A DNA stretch of 63,372 nucleotides, counting the filler, from Pseudovirgaria hyperparasitica (taxonomy: Eukaryota), in assembly GCA_010093815.1 (NCBI GenBank). It is 3 parts of 2 records of this genome, joined end to end, with 100 filler letters (N's around TTAATTAATTAA, not from the genome) between each part and the next. Parts side by side here need not be neighbours in the genome. Positions count along the whole stretch, not along the records: positions 35,314 to 63,372 come from ML996609.1; 2 more parts are not named here. One strand, given 5' to 3'. The translations under genes were made by a program, and so were the position numbers. Under the pieces are notes generated by a model that worked only from the letters and a program-made list of their open reading frames with translations, did not search any database and was not told where the DNA came from. Shown piece after piece: positions 48,347 through 61,184 of the stretch (position 1 is the stretch's first letter; every line of letters begins with the position of its first letter).

Positions 48347-49432
48347 AGTGACAGTACGCCAGAAGCGGAGTAGACAGGGCTCTAACCCACTCAAGAGGCA
48401 GCCGACCGCGAAGAGAGCAAGGCAGGCCAGCACCAAGAAGAGCGTATCTGAGCCTCTGGAAACATCCGAAGCAGCTTATGCGTGCGCTGACTCGGATACC
48501 GTCGCAGTAGCACGTCTAAAGCGAAGTAGACCGGATGCAGACTCACTCGAGAAGGAGCTGACGGCGAAGAGAGCAAGGAGGACGCCGAGGCCGCGAGATT
48601 AGAGAGCCGAGAGCTTAACGGAGATTTGCATGAATTTGGCTGTCATGGACTGACTAATCAATAACGGAACGGGTCGTGCCATTTTGCGCCACCCCGCAAT
48701 CGCCAGCCTTAACTTTTTTAAATATTAATGTCAATTAAGAGAAATAGTTTTCATCTTGAACAGTGGACTCTCGAGCTGCTCAATAGCGTTAGGGTTTCAG
48801 GCCCTACCGCGAGTGTCGAAACTTGTAATTAATGAAATGGTTACATCTAAAAGCGTCGACCGGTGCTTAGGATAGCGGTGGGGCTATATCGAACCCGGCG
48901 TCGATTCCCATGACAGTTCTCGTGATCTACGATAGTCTTTGAAGTTAGTAAATACAAGAAGCGTGAATCTATTAGTCTAACGCATCTGGATTGGTAGGAT
49001 AAGGTGACTCCTGGGATACCAGCGGATTGTAGACTCTTAGACGAGCGTACATTCCGTGGCTGCGAGCCGCATTCGTTTGGTTTCATGTCTGCCTATGATG
49101 CGCAAACTCCGGCTTATTAGAGGATGGAGTAGGATAAATGACCCTACCACGGACGGAGACGATTGAGTGACTTCGCGTAAACCATGACATATGACGTCTC
49201 AGGATCGAATATTTTAATCGAACTGTGAAGTTGTGTGTGACTATAATAATAATAGTATTCCACGACCTAAATTCAAGAGCTAGCTATGACGACCTGCGCC
49301 TAGTATTAAAGATAGGCTAATTTTAAACCTAAAGATCTTCATCTATATCTCTATTACAACTAGAGAAGTCTTTCCATAGAAGAAAGCCACATTTACTCTT
49401 CACTAACACATTTAACACAGACTGTAGCTCAA

Positions 49433-51608
49433 ATGGGAAATTTGGACCTTAATTCTACGGAATCCCTCGAGGGTTTACAAAGCGATGAACAGAGGCGAGT
49501 CCTTGATACTGTGACCCAAGTCCGCAAATGCGGCCTTGATAGTATCCTTGCGTTACCTCAGCTGGTTGTCTGTGGCGACCAGTCTGCCGGAAAAAGTTCG
49601 GTTCTTGAAGCTCTCACCGAGATACCTGTCCCACGTAATGATGAGTTATGTACACGATTTGCAACGGAAATAATCATGCGTCGCTCCGCACAGGAGTCTC
49701 TTACCGTCAAAGTAATCCCTGACGCCGCACAACAATTACCAGGTCTCATAGACAATACTATGCAAGTCATGGGGATTACTACCACACAAGTATCCTCGCC
49801 TGCATTCGCCCGGGATGTCCTGAGTATCGAGATTGAAGGTCCCTCCAGGCCCCAACTTACAATGGTGGATCTTCCATGACTCATTCAAAACGAGAAAAAG
49901 GGAGTTACCAACGCGGATATCGAGCTTGTCAAAGAAATCACCGATCATTACATATCGCAGACACGAACGATCTGTTTAGCGGTTGTATCCGCTACGAATG
50001 ACTACGCAAATCAAGGAATTCTGACAAAGGTCAGGAAAGTTGATCCAGAAGGGGAGCGGACCCTAGACATTATCACCAAACCCGACAGTCTCTCAAGTGG
50101 CTCGGGTGGTGAGATGGCTTACATTAGATTGGCACGAAACGAAGACATTTTCTTCAAGCTTGGATTGCACGTGATCAAGAACAGGAGTTTTGAGGAGGGA
50201 GATTGTAGTTTCGTGGAGCGAAACGCGTCTGAACCATCCATTTTCCGGAGCTCGAATTCCAAGAGCTTGGAAAAAGAGACAGTGGGTGTCAACGCACTGA
50301 GGGACCGTTTGAGTCAGCTTCTATTCAAACACGTCAAGCAAGAGCTTCCGAGGCTTTACAATGATCTACAAGTGGCTCTAAAAGAATCAAAGTATAGATT
50401 AGTTTTGCTTGGGCAGCAGAGAGCAACGCCTGCACAATGCAGAGCATACCTGATGCGACTTAGCCTTGACTTCCATCAAGTCTGCTTAGCCACAAACAAA
50501 GGACATTATGAGGGCATATATTTTGATGGCCCAATCAGCGATGAGTTCACTTCCAAATCGGAGCCCTGAGTACGTAGGCTACGGGCTCTGATTCAGAAAT
50601 CGAACATAGTTCTCGAATTGGATGGATCAGAAAGGACATACGTACGACATGGACATTTCCAACGATGACATCGAGTCAGACTATGGACAACTTCCCCCAG
50701 CTTCTGACTCTGGAGATGTTGTCCCACTCTCTAGGGCGCAGGCGCTAGAATGGGTGAAAAGGCTTGTTGAAAGGAATGGGGGTCGAGAACTGCAAGGTAA
50801 TTTCAACCCCCTGGTCATCGGAGAGCTTTTCTGGGATCAGTCAAGAAAATGGAGTAATATGGCCCTTACACACACGGAGGACATCTCGGAAATCTGCCGA
50901 ACATTTCTATCGGACTTGCTTCAGCATATGTGCCCAGTGGATGTACGCAGTCGCCTCTGGGCATCGCATTTTGAGGAATCCCTGAAACAAATGATGGATA
51001 ACTCAAGGAAGGAACTCGACCTGCTCATCGAAGATCTCAAAGGCTTTCCAATGAATTACAATCATTACTATACGGACACGATCTATAAGCGGAGACTGGA
51101 ACGAGATCGTAAACTTCTGGCTGCAAGCATTGACAAGGCATCAGAACACAAAAGATTGCCTGAATGCCAATCGCACCATACATCGACAAAAGTAGATATC
51201 GCCAATGTCTTCGAGAATTTTCTCCGGGCTAAAAGCATGGACATGGATAGTCATGCATGCGAAGAAGCGATCGATGGAGTTATCGCCATCTACAAGGTCT
51301 GTAAAGCTCTGTAAAGCTCTGTATTGCCATTGCGCGTGTATACTCACATGTTATTCCACTCTCGGGTATTAAAAAAGCAATTCGTCGCAAACTTAACCGT
51401 ATAGGTTATAGAACGTCATATCGTTCGTGGGGTGAAGAATATTTTCTCGCCTATGACGATCAGCGGCCTCAACGCAGGGGAACTTCAGGAGCTGGCATCT
51501 GAACCAACATCGGTCAAACGACAGAGGGAATTTTTTGTTGACCGTATGGATAACTTAACGGAAGGGAACGCTATTCTACGGCGAGTCATGCGAGGGTCAT
51601 CTGGATGA
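49433..51608 (+). pseudogene. dynamin-family (Mx-like) GTPase, disrupted
   Basis: LPQLVVCGDQSAGKSSVLE, CTRF, DLP*L, TKPD, GRELQGNFNP, GED-like end; in-frame TGA at 49877 and 50567 plus a frameshift. Confidence 0.85.
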
Positions 51609-51851
51609 TTTTGTCAGTTTATTCAGGAGTAAGCGGGCGACGCACATTCTGACACGCTGGCATGCATGGTCAGCCTTCTATAAATATAACAGCTTGTGAC
51701 TCTGCTCGAATCTCGCCGCAGGAGCAAAAATCCGTTCTCAGTTGATTCCATCAGAGACTCTCTAGATCAGACTCCACATTTGCCGTATTCATCGGGAAGT
51801 CCCATTCGAAGCTATCTGGTCAGAATCGACAGTTCCTTACTAGCTTCCAAG

Positions 51852-52762
51852 ATGGCTCATCGCTCAGACGTGTTCACGTCGAACCCTACCACATTTCTTG
51901 TCGGCAAAGAAGAGGTCCCCATGGTCGTACATCATGGTGTCCTTGCTCCGTTGTCCGACTATTTTAAAAGACTTCTTGGCGATGATTCGGCATTCAAGGA
52001 GGCTGAGGAGAAAACGGTCCTTCTGCCACAAATCAAACCGGATGACTTTAGTCGCTTCTGCACATTCGCGTATACTGGCGATTATGCAGCACCACCATAT
52101 GTCGTCGACGATGACTGGACCGAAGAGCTACAAACCACGCGTGTGGATATGGTTGCAGAAGCAATGAATGAGGTACAGGATGAAGCACACCGGGGGGGAC
52201 CGAATTCACAGCGGAATTCCTGGTATATACCTCTGCGTCAACGGTGAGCAAGGGGAAGAGAACGACGAAGTACGCGGATGAGCCGACCGCTGCTCTCTAT
52301 CAACCAGTGGTTGGAGAGCAGGACTTTCATGTCAGAAGACCAGATTTTGAGAGACGAGCATATTGTGCCACTACCCCGTACGAGGATTATCGCCAATCAT
52401 TTCGTGTTGCTCCTCATAGTGCCGGAGCAGAAAAAGCAGAGCACGTCTTCCTTGCCCACGCGCGGCTCTACGCATTCGCCAAAGAGAAGATGGTGGACAG
52501 TCTTATCAGTCTCAGTCTTCAAAAGCTGCATAAGACTCTCGCAGTCTTTACCCTGGACCAAAGACGTTACCAAGATATTCTAGCGTTAACTCGATTTGCG
52601 TTTAGTGAGGATTATCCTGAGCTGCAGGATATGGTGGCGTTGTATCACGGTGCACATTTCACCAAGATTGGACGCTTTGAATCGTTCTACTCTATCTTGT
52701 GTGAAGAGGGACATCTTGGTGCAAACTTGTTGCGATTATTCTATGAGAATAAAAGACATTGA
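51852..52762 (+). CDS. fungal BTB/POZ-domain protein (frame change near 52245; may be a pseudogene)
   Basis: TFLVGKEE..MVVH...LSDYF...FKEAEEKTVLLP...FSRFCTFAYTGDY; VFLAHARLYAFA...LSLQKLHKTL. Confidence 0.75.
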
Positions 52763-53296
52763 TATGATAAAAGTCCGTTTCGCGGGCACAACTAGCACGT
52801 GGATAGGTGAGGCTATACGTGCCGTTGTACAGTTATATTATATGTGGTAAGCAGGCGATTTGTCTGTATAAAAAGCTGTCAAGACTTCAATCGTGCAGTG
52901 TCCAATTCAGTCAGTAAAAGCAATCTGGATTTGGATGAGTGACCAGAAAGCATTCCATTAGCTGCCGACGTCGGCGTGCAATTGCTTTCGCACTGAAACA
53001 TCTTGGTGGATCTGAAGGGGAACGTTAAGGTGATTGAAATCATTGGTACGATCAATGAAATGCGTGACCCACCGTCCTTTTTCTTTGTCAAGGATATTGA
53101 ACTTCTTGAACGTCTAGATAGTCATCTCTGCGTAGTTGTCGCCAGTATGGGAGCTGAAAGCCCCAGGTAAATCAATAGCGATATCTTCAAACTGGATGTT
53201 CTAACTTACAAAGTGAACACAGTATCCTGAAAGGGTGTATTGTCCATCTCGCATCGTCTAACCGTTTATGAGACATATATCTGTGGAATAGCTGAC

Positions 53297-53759
53297 GGGC
53301 AAGACATCTGGGTCTTGCAGCACGTTCTCGATTATCTCGAACCAGTGTACGATCTTGTCATATATTGTCCTCATTGCGATTGCAGTCGATCGCTCGGACT
53401 CTTTCTCGCTTGGAGCTCTGGATGTCGCTTCTCGAAGGCCCGAGCCCAGTTCTTTCCTGGAGGTTTGATGGGTCGGTTCGCGGTGTCCCGCTGGGCAATA
53501 CTGAAGGTGAGCGGTGGCGAGAACTTGATTCGCGCTGGACTACCTAGATCAGAAATATTTAGTAACTTAGTAAATTCACCGGTGCTTTCTTTTCGAACGT
53601 GTGGAGCTACTGCTGGCTACAGGCTCTCTGTTCCTTCGAGCGTCTCCCTATTACGCGATAGTGGAGACTAAGAGAGACTTTGCCATGCTCAGCCAGAGCA
53701 GTATATGTTCTAGGCACGTTAGGAAGACCTTCGGATAGCACTTGACTTGCTCGGTCCAT
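53297..53759 (-). mobile_element. pogo/Fot1-family transposase N-terminal fragment
   Basis: Manual translation across frameshifts: MDRASQVLSEGLPNVPRTY.ALAEHG; RPIKPPGKNWARAFEKRHPEL; IYDKIVHWFEIIENVLQDPDVLP; truncated before the DDE core. Confidence 0.75.
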
Positions 53760-54487
53760 GCTAGCATTCTGCTGGAGAGAGCATACACCGTGCTATCACG
53801 TTAGCTGTGTGAGTGCAGAAAGACAGCATGAAGGAGGAGAAGCGATGGGCTCGGACGCGCAGCGGCAAGCGGGGGAGCCAGAGACCCTGAGAAACCGCCG
53901 TTTCTGGCAGTCACACTTGAACGACCTGCAAACGTAATATTCGATTGGTTGAGGGCTGTTACAGTAACCCGACAGTCCGGTTTGGGACTCTGAGTCACAT
54001 TCGTACATGCTGTGGTGTGAAAAGCGACCTCTGCGTCTGAAAACAGGAACCTGGAATCAAGGTCAACAGGTCATTTTTGGACCTACTGTACTGTACTCCA
54101 TCCCTTGCATCGCCTAAATTTAGGATTACTGAAGGACGCGGCGATTGCCCAGGCTGAAGGCGTCAGTCCAGTCCAAAAATGCCATGGCGCGACCACAAGG
54201 CTTGTATGTGGAGCGCGTCCCTATAAGGCCTGACGGCTGAAAGCCTTTGTCACGTGAAGCTTCGATCATTGTTACTCTGCGTAAATTGGTTCTCATGACG
54301 TAGGTATATATATTCTAAAAACATACACCTTAGTATACAGTAGGATAGGTTCAGATTCTAGAGACTCTATTCCGAGAATCTCTTAAGTTTTCAGGCATTG
54401 TTGAGTTTATTCCAATGTACCAAGAACTATTTTCGCATCCCGTCGCACGGGTTTCTCGATGGGCAGGGGGTCGTCAAGTCCCATGCT

Positions 54488-54937
54488 TCATGGTCTTCTA
54501 AGACTAACATTACTCTGCTCAAGGCTTTCGGTAGCTTTTACAGGCTCTCCCGGCCCGACTTCCGGAATTTTTGGTAAAACTTGGCGGGGGCGGTTTCGTC
54601 CGTTTCGAGGACGCAGGGTAGGTCCCACCCTCTCCAACCCCACAGTTGATGTAGGCGACGATTGAGTCTCGGAAGCCTGTGCAAGATAGTCCGGGTCGAT
54701 CGTGAGATGGAGCGTTTCTATCTCCCTAAGCAAACTCTCATTGTTCCTGGCGAGCGCAGCATTTGCCTCTTGAAGCTGCGCTACTTGAGAAACTAGTTCA
54801 CCCGTGGCATCGCGAAGTTGGCTGTAAAAGTGTTGCAAAGTTGTACGAACCGGAAGCCAGCTCTGCTGAACCTCGCGATCGATACGAATGAATGCATCAT
54901 GGAGCTGCACTGTTATCAGTTCCATAGCGTTCTTCAC
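54488..54937 (-). CDS. small coiled-coil hypothetical protein
   Basis: Heptad stretch LVSQVAQLQEANAALARNNESLLREIETL. Confidence 0.45.
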   Translation of the reverse strand: MKNAMELITVQLHDAFIRIDREVQQSWLPVRTTLQHFYSQLRDATGELVSQVAQLQEANAALARNNESLLREIETLHLTIDPDYLAQASETQSSPTSTVGLERVGPTLRPRNGRNRPRQVLPKIPEVGPGEPVKATESLEQSNVSLRRP

Positions 54938-55456
54938 AATCTTTAGCTTACCATGTCTGTCACCTCTGATTCTGGCAGCATGGTTTGTAGAGCTACTGGT
55001 AGACAGTCCCGCCTGGATAAATCTAAGAGTTTGGTATCGTGAATCTCATCATGTGTTCTTTGTGCTTCATTTATATACGTCCTCGACTCATCCACCTTTT
55101 CCAGCGGTTCTATCGTCTGACTCTACGTCGCAGCGTGCCAAGTAGTCGTACTCACCTCCTCCTTGCTTGAAAAGTCTACAGGATTATGCGTGGTGCCAAA
55201 GATCATCTTTGCATAAACTCCCTGCGCCCTCCTAAGGGCGTTGACTTTCAGCTATTTAGTAGGCCGGCCCTGGTTTCCAGTTCATGGATAGCAAGTGCCG
55301 TGAGGGCTTCGTTTCGGGTTCAAGAAAGCGGGCACTCCCACAGATCCACCAGCAGAAGACTAGCCTGCCTGTCCGGGCATTCACGGTTTCTAGATACGGA
55401 TTTACAGCATCAATACAGCAGAGAAGTGTGAGTCGCGCAGAATCACCCATACGACA

Positions 55457-55957
55457 GTGCTTAAGTCGTTCTCTAGGATGTCGATAAGAGAGCACCCCGA
55501 CGAGGCCATTACTCGAGCCAGCGTAGAGCTTTACAAAGCAAGCCTATGTATTCAAAATTGTCGTACATCCATTCTCCAGTTGCTCACCATTCGAAAAGAA
55601 GAGAAAAGAAGTCGAATGCAAGTAGACCGAGAGAACCGACGCCTTCACGTCCTTTGCCAGGAGGCTGTGCACGACCGCAACGAGATCGCCAGCAAATGCC
55701 AAAGCCTATACCGCGAGCTAGGAGATGCCTATACGGAGATTCTCTCTCACTATGCCTTGTCTGAGAATTCGGATCAAGCATCGATGACCGTGAAGGATGG
55801 GACGCGGATGACACAACTTGAACGAGAAAACGACAAGTTGCAACGACAGAACAGTGAGCTCCAGCGGGCATTGGGAATGGCGGGCGATATGATCCGCGCT
55901 GTGAGAATCCAGGATCCAGCTTCAGAGACTCATGGTGACATCCAAGTGCAGCTATAG
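55457..55957 (+). CDS. small coiled-coil hypothetical protein
   Basis: QLERENDKLQRQNSELQRAL and other heptads. Confidence 0.45.
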   Translation: MLKSFSRMSIREHPDEAITRASVELYKASLCIQNCRTSILQLLTIRKEEKRSRMQVDRENRRLHVLCQEAVHDRNEIASKCQSLYRELGDAYTEILSHYALSENSDQASMTVKDGTRMTQLERENDKLQRQNSELQRALGMAGDMIRAVRIQDPASETHGDIQVQL

Positions 55958-56108
55958 CAATGCCTTGATTCGGTCCACGGTCCCGATTTTGTGCATTCCA
56001 TTTTCAAACGTTTCCATTCGAGTCATCATACCTGTTATATGTAGGACTCGTGCTACATCTCTATGCCATAAATTTCATCTCTAGCATTAGCTGTTCGCTT
56101 CACCCGAT

Positions 56109-56504
56109 ATGGGATTGTTCAGGTCCAAGAAGCCACCCACTTTCCCGCCTATCTCTTACCCCAAGCCGGCTGATCCTCCGTCCGTAGAAACAACAACAAA
56201 GCAGCCTAGAAAGCGTAGGCTAGACACAAACAAGAATTTGCCGGTACCAAGACTTGCACAGATGATTGAGAGGAAGATGTCTGAGAACTTCCAGCTAAGA
56301 GAAGAGTTGCAGTGGGAGCGAGACCGCTTCTGGTCAAGCTGCCAGGCAAAATCATTCCTTGCAGCAGAGGTTCAAGCCGTGGTAGAGAACCTTCGTCAGA
56401 TCCTAGCCGACTTCGACCGGCTTGTCACACCAGAAGATGCTCTGAGCCAGCCTAGAGACTTGCCTCGGAGCGAGAGCAATGGATGGGAACCCGGACTAAA
56501 TTAA
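56109..56504 (+). CDS. hypothetical protein (MG start, coiled coil); has a decayed paralogue
   Basis: ATG-started 131-aa ORF; paralogue at 38160-38375. Confidence 0.55.
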   Translation: MGLFRSKKPPTFPPISYPKPADPPSVETTTKQPRKRRLDTNKNLPVPRLAQMIERKMSENFQLREELQWERDRFWSSCQAKSFLAAEVQAVVENLRQILADFDRLVTPEDALSQPRDLPRSESNGWEPGLN

Positions 56505-56624
56505 GTTGATCAGAGTACATGCGTGTTGCTCAGGTCTTACTTAGCTAGACTAGACAGGACCGTCAAATCAACTTTGTCATGCTTTACTCTACAGACGTTC
56601 CCACATTGAAAGGGCGCAGGCTCC

Positions 56625-57085
56625 ACGTGCCCAACGCTGCGTGGCATTTCGCTGACAAACTGCATTATACCTTGCAGTGATGACGGCGCACAGCAAGCTC
56701 TTCACTCTCCTGCCTAGTAAGATATGGGTCTGCGAGCCGCTGCGTGAACCGTTGAGCAAGGATAACCTGCGCTTTGTGCGGAAAGTTACTTGCGTATTCG
56801 TTTCCATTGGTCTACATAAGTCCGTCATGGTTAAGTAGCATCATGTACGTGTCGTCGTATTGTTAGTATAGCCAAGGCGACTGACATGGTTTGGCTCAGA
56901 TACAGATCCCGAGATAGCTTAGCAGAATCTATGCCTCAGCATGGCTTAGACGATTGGAGAGCGGCGATGACTTGGTGGATCTCATGGCTCAGTATCATGG
57001 GTCCAACGGCTCAGTATCTAGACGGCTCCACTAACCCTGTAAATCCTGGAGCCTAGTATATCTTGCTACGGTGTAGATACAATTT
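56625..57085 (-). pseudogene. second decayed copy of the homeobox locus with its upstream module
   Basis: 56700-56790 matches 62825-62920; 56915-57085 is the reverse complement of ~62250-62420. Confidence 0.8.
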
Positions 57086-58562
57086 ACTGTAAAGCGTCTT
57101 AGGCCTTCGCTTATAATACAGCATAGCATAGTGGTATTCTTTCATGGTTGATAGACGTCATGTCAACATTTCACTTCTCTGTTTCAAGTAGGTGGTGGAC
57201 GAGACCGGAGGCGGATTCATACTCTACTGACTATGTATCTAGGTGAGCAGTTTGGCAGCTCATCTTGCCAGTGGCCCGAGAATCAAACCTCCAGTCCGTA
57301 TACTGTCACCTACCGAAACTCGCAGCTTAATCTTTATGGCCGTTCTATTTGTTCATTGCCACATGGTATAGGAACAGACAGAAATAGCTCACGATTTGGC
57401 GGGAATCTGATACGTAATGGATACTTTCTGCGACGAGCCTGTCATGCAGCAACCACTGGCACTGTTGCTGCCTGTTCCGCAAGCGCAAGCAGGGCCGGGC
57501 TCTTCTTCTAGAGCTTCCTCTTACTGTACTCCTCTTCCATTCCGCACCTGGCCCTGCGCTCATCGCGGCTTCAGGGGACAAGTGGCCCGCAAGCCTGCCA
57601 GGTAATAGCCGGCCCCCTACCCGGCTGACCCTGGCTAATTCTGGGCTGACGGCTTCTAGCTGCCTTTTAGCTGTCACTTACCGTGATCTCCAACAAGTCT
57701 CAACCATTAGGTCCCAGACTCCATGGACGGAGTAAGAAATGGTCTAATCAGAGAATTCGACAGCCGCATGGCCAACATTGTATGATTGATTCTGAATCTG
57801 CATTCTGGCCTGTGAAACTCAAACATTTATGGACCGGATCGGTGCTCAATGAAAGCTCAGGGGTGAAGTTGCTCCTCATCGTCCTTGCTCTACGACTCGG
57901 TCGAGGGCACGCGATCTTAGGAGGTCTTATGCGGTGCTTATATCCATCACACTTCCTATTCGTACGTGTTACAGAGTAGAGTCACGACCCCCATTCTCAA
58001 CACCTCTTCACGTAACGAACTCTTATTGGAACTCTTCAACAATTCCCGGGGATGCTGGGCCCGGAGACGGATATCGCATCATCGAATGAGAATCGCCATG
58101 GCTTGGAGTCACATCATCGACTGTGGAACATGATTCGCGAGCCTTGTGATCATCGCGACAGGTCTGGCATGGAAGACTCCTGTAGAAAGCTATATCTACC
58201 GCAATACGAAAGTCATTACACTCGCAGCCTATGGAGAATGCCGCCTTGCTCTGTTCAGATTCTTCAGCACCCATGAGCGCGGAATTCTCTAGATTGCATG
58301 GTACTGAGCTCTTTCCGTCGGGAGCGCCAGCCATATTAGTTCGTCTGCAAAAAATCGAAACCATTTACTTGTTTGACACTCACCTGTGTGAGGAAGGGTC
58401 TGTACGCAGTTGTAATCTCATTGAATAATCAAGTGCCAAAAGGACTCTTACTACATTCAATCTGCAGATCCAAGGTCGCGCCCAGGGGATCTAACTCGCC
58501 GTAAACCGAAGGATCATAGTTCCCCAATACCAGCACATCCAAGAGCCCTACAAATTTCATGA

Positions 58563-58870
58563 ATGAACATGAAAAGGAATACCAAAACTGGCGCAAGGCA
58601 GCCCGTCGTGGATGTCCAAATTTCCCCTGGCCTCGCATTGCCTCACTTCAAGCCGTCCAAGGACTCTAACAGCCTCCCAAGAATAACCTGTCAGACTCTG
58701 ATCGAGACTCTGAATGACAGATATAGCGACAGTCTCCGGAAATCAATGGTCATTGATTGCCGATCTGAGTATGAATACGACGGCGGTCACATCCCTAGTG
58801 CTGTGAACTTTTATGAGAAGGAGCAGCTTCTACAGTTCTTGTTCAAGTCCGCAGAGTCACAGGAGTTGGG
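58563..58870 (+). pseudogene. Cdc25/Mih1 phosphatase rhodanese-domain fragment
   Basis: LPHF...SLPRITCQTL.E.L...Y....VIDCRSEYEYDGGHIPSAVN; breaks before HCX5R at the junction with the 40326-type repeat. Confidence 0.75.
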
Positions 58871-59545
58871 CTGTCTAAGAAGAAAGAGGTCTCTACGGGC
58901 TTATTCTTCCCAGCTCCGGCGGTGACCAGGACTTGAGTAGGCGAGGAAGGTTCTGTAATCTGAGAAAGAAGAAGTGTGCCTTGACCTATATGACCCTGAA
59001 ATGAGATGCCGAAAGCCACCGTCACGACTGCAAGTTCTCCAGTGTCCACGTCTGTGGTCTGCATGGCAACTAGCGGGATGGTCGAGGAACAACGGGGCAA
59101 GTATCAACCTGCCTGATATACTGCGTAGGACAGACTTAGCACGGCAAGGACCAAAAACGGGCTGAGCTGTTCTTAGGTCCTCAGATAGTAAAGCAGTCCC
59201 GAACCGTTTCTTCTCTTCTTTTCATATTAAGGTATGTTCTGAAATTAAAAAAAAGTGGTCTTGCATTCTGCTAGCTCGAGTCTTGCACTCTGCCCCGACC
59301 TCCACGACCAACGACGGACGCCTATACGCGCCACGAAGACATCTGACACATCACGATGGCTTCAGGAGTACCCTAAAGACGTATCCAGCTGGATGCTCAC
59401 ACACCTCCCCCTTCCCCAATTCTAATGGACCCGGATACACATGCTGGGAACACTTCGGGAGGATCCCTATCCATTCAGTCAAGGGCAGCCCTTGACTAAT
59501 GATCCCGCACACACACGCGCGGCCTGAAGGCAATACAACGGTACC

Positions 59546-60016
59546 CAGACTTCGGCATATACAATCGGATACAATCCGAGGGCCTAGATTAGGATCGTAT
59601 GATTAGTCACCCTAAAAGTACGGATTGAGCTTGGAAATGCTAAGGGATTGAGATTGCTTATGTTAAATTGAATCGCTTGTACTATATAAGATTACCCAAT
59701 TAGGCAGCTATTATTAGGTATATATTCGACAAATAAAAGTATATATAGGGCCTTAAGTTACCCGTCTCCGCGTACATAACCTCCCTGAGGTTATAGGGTT
59801 ACGTATATATGAGGAACTTACTTCTAGAACCTTACTAAAATCGACTAATATATACACGCCCCACATGTTCAATCTAACACAGGCAATCTGACTAATCGGA
59901 TAAGATTGTGCCGTCTTGGCCATCATATTTAAGGCGTAGATTGAGCTTGTATTCTCTACTAGAATATTTGAGCAGATTGAGCTTGCATGGATTCGGATTG
60001 TATGTGCCGAAGTCTG
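59546..60016. mobile_element. hAT MITE, inverted relative to 36580-37081, no TSD
   Basis: TIRs CAGACTTCGGCA...TGCCGAAGTCTG; shared subterminal arms, different AT-rich core. Confidence 0.85.
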
Positions 60017-60665
60017 AACCTGATACTCGATATCCACGCCTTGCACTCTGGAATCCACAACCTCCTCCACTTCCCAGTGGCCATCAGGACTGTTCGAATT
60101 CCAAACCACCCCAGGTGGCACAGTCTTTGCCTTAGGGTAGGCTGCCTCAAGCCAGTGTCGTTTATGCAGCCTGGTAGCGTGACAGTTGTGCAGATTTTGG
60201 CCACGACTTCCATTCCCGGTCTTGGGAGTGTGTCACAGCACTATGTCTCCCCTATAGTCTCACAATACTATTAGCCATAATCACAACGTAAGTTTGAGCC
60301 CTAGCTCCAGCGGAGACCATGTACATCACCCACTTCTTCCTGCTGTTAGGCGAGATCATATTGATGATCTTTTGGTACCGAGCACGCGGACAGGGCCAAC
60401 AGAGTGAGTCAAAGCATCATTGACCTCCGGGAATTCAAATGATCGTGCCGTCAATCAATGCCACACGAAATCGACGATCGTCGGATGAGCGGAGTGAGCT
60501 TCATGTACAGAGGCACATTTCTCACTTCGTCTATTCCTCCTCTAACTTAATTCACAAGTCGTGTCTAACACGTCGTTCTCTCCGATTTCTGGAGTCATCA
60601 CAATAAGAGCGATGAGGGGGGACTGAGATTAAATTGTTGAATAACTTCTCCGGCCAATGCAGATC

Positions 60666-61184
60666 CTACTTATTGCCGTCGAAGGGCTCGTGGATTCCAT
60701 TACATAGGTAATAGCCTGTGCTAAATCGATAACTTGTCGTTTTCTTCTTCTTACGGGTGTTCTCGTCTTTACTAACGCAGTGTCTAAACACCGTCACGAT
60801 AATCTTCATAGCCTCCTCGGTAGGCTTCGCTTTCTGAACAGCAGTAATAAAATTATTCCATTGCTTTGCGCTCAACATGTCCGACCGAAGGCTCTCCACA
60901 AACGCCACAATGTCTGCATCACCCATTTCCTGAATTTCGTCGTTGTCAAGCACAAGCCATGGCAGGTAGAGACTATTGCTACTTGGCACCAGGTGTGACC
61001 CAAAGTGTCGTAGATAGCGATTCTCCTTCCGAAACTGCTTAGAACACTGCGACCAGCCAGTATTTGTCTCCACAGGTATCTCGCACACGTAGCTAGTAGT
61101 CGCTCTCTGCCGTCGATGGTGCGTCTGTACTGCGACTGAATGAGACGCTGGCGGGTAATTGGCCAAAGGCATATTCCAATCCAC
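60666..61184 (-). CDS. C2H2 zinc-finger-containing hypothetical protein
   Basis: YVC...CSKQFRKENRYLRHFGSH. Confidence 0.5.
   Translation of the reverse strand: MDWNMPLANYPPASHSVAVQTHHRRQRATTSYVCEIPVETNTGWSQCSKQFRKENRYLRHFGSHLVPSSNSLYLPWLVLDNDEIQEMGDADIVAFVESLRSDMLSAKQWNNFITAVQKAKPTEEAMKIIVTVFRHCVSKDENTRKKKKTTSYRFSTGYYLCNGIHEPFDGNK

Noticed and set aside
51299..51323. CTGTAAAGCT tandem duplication
   Set aside because: Trivial slippage inside a probable intron
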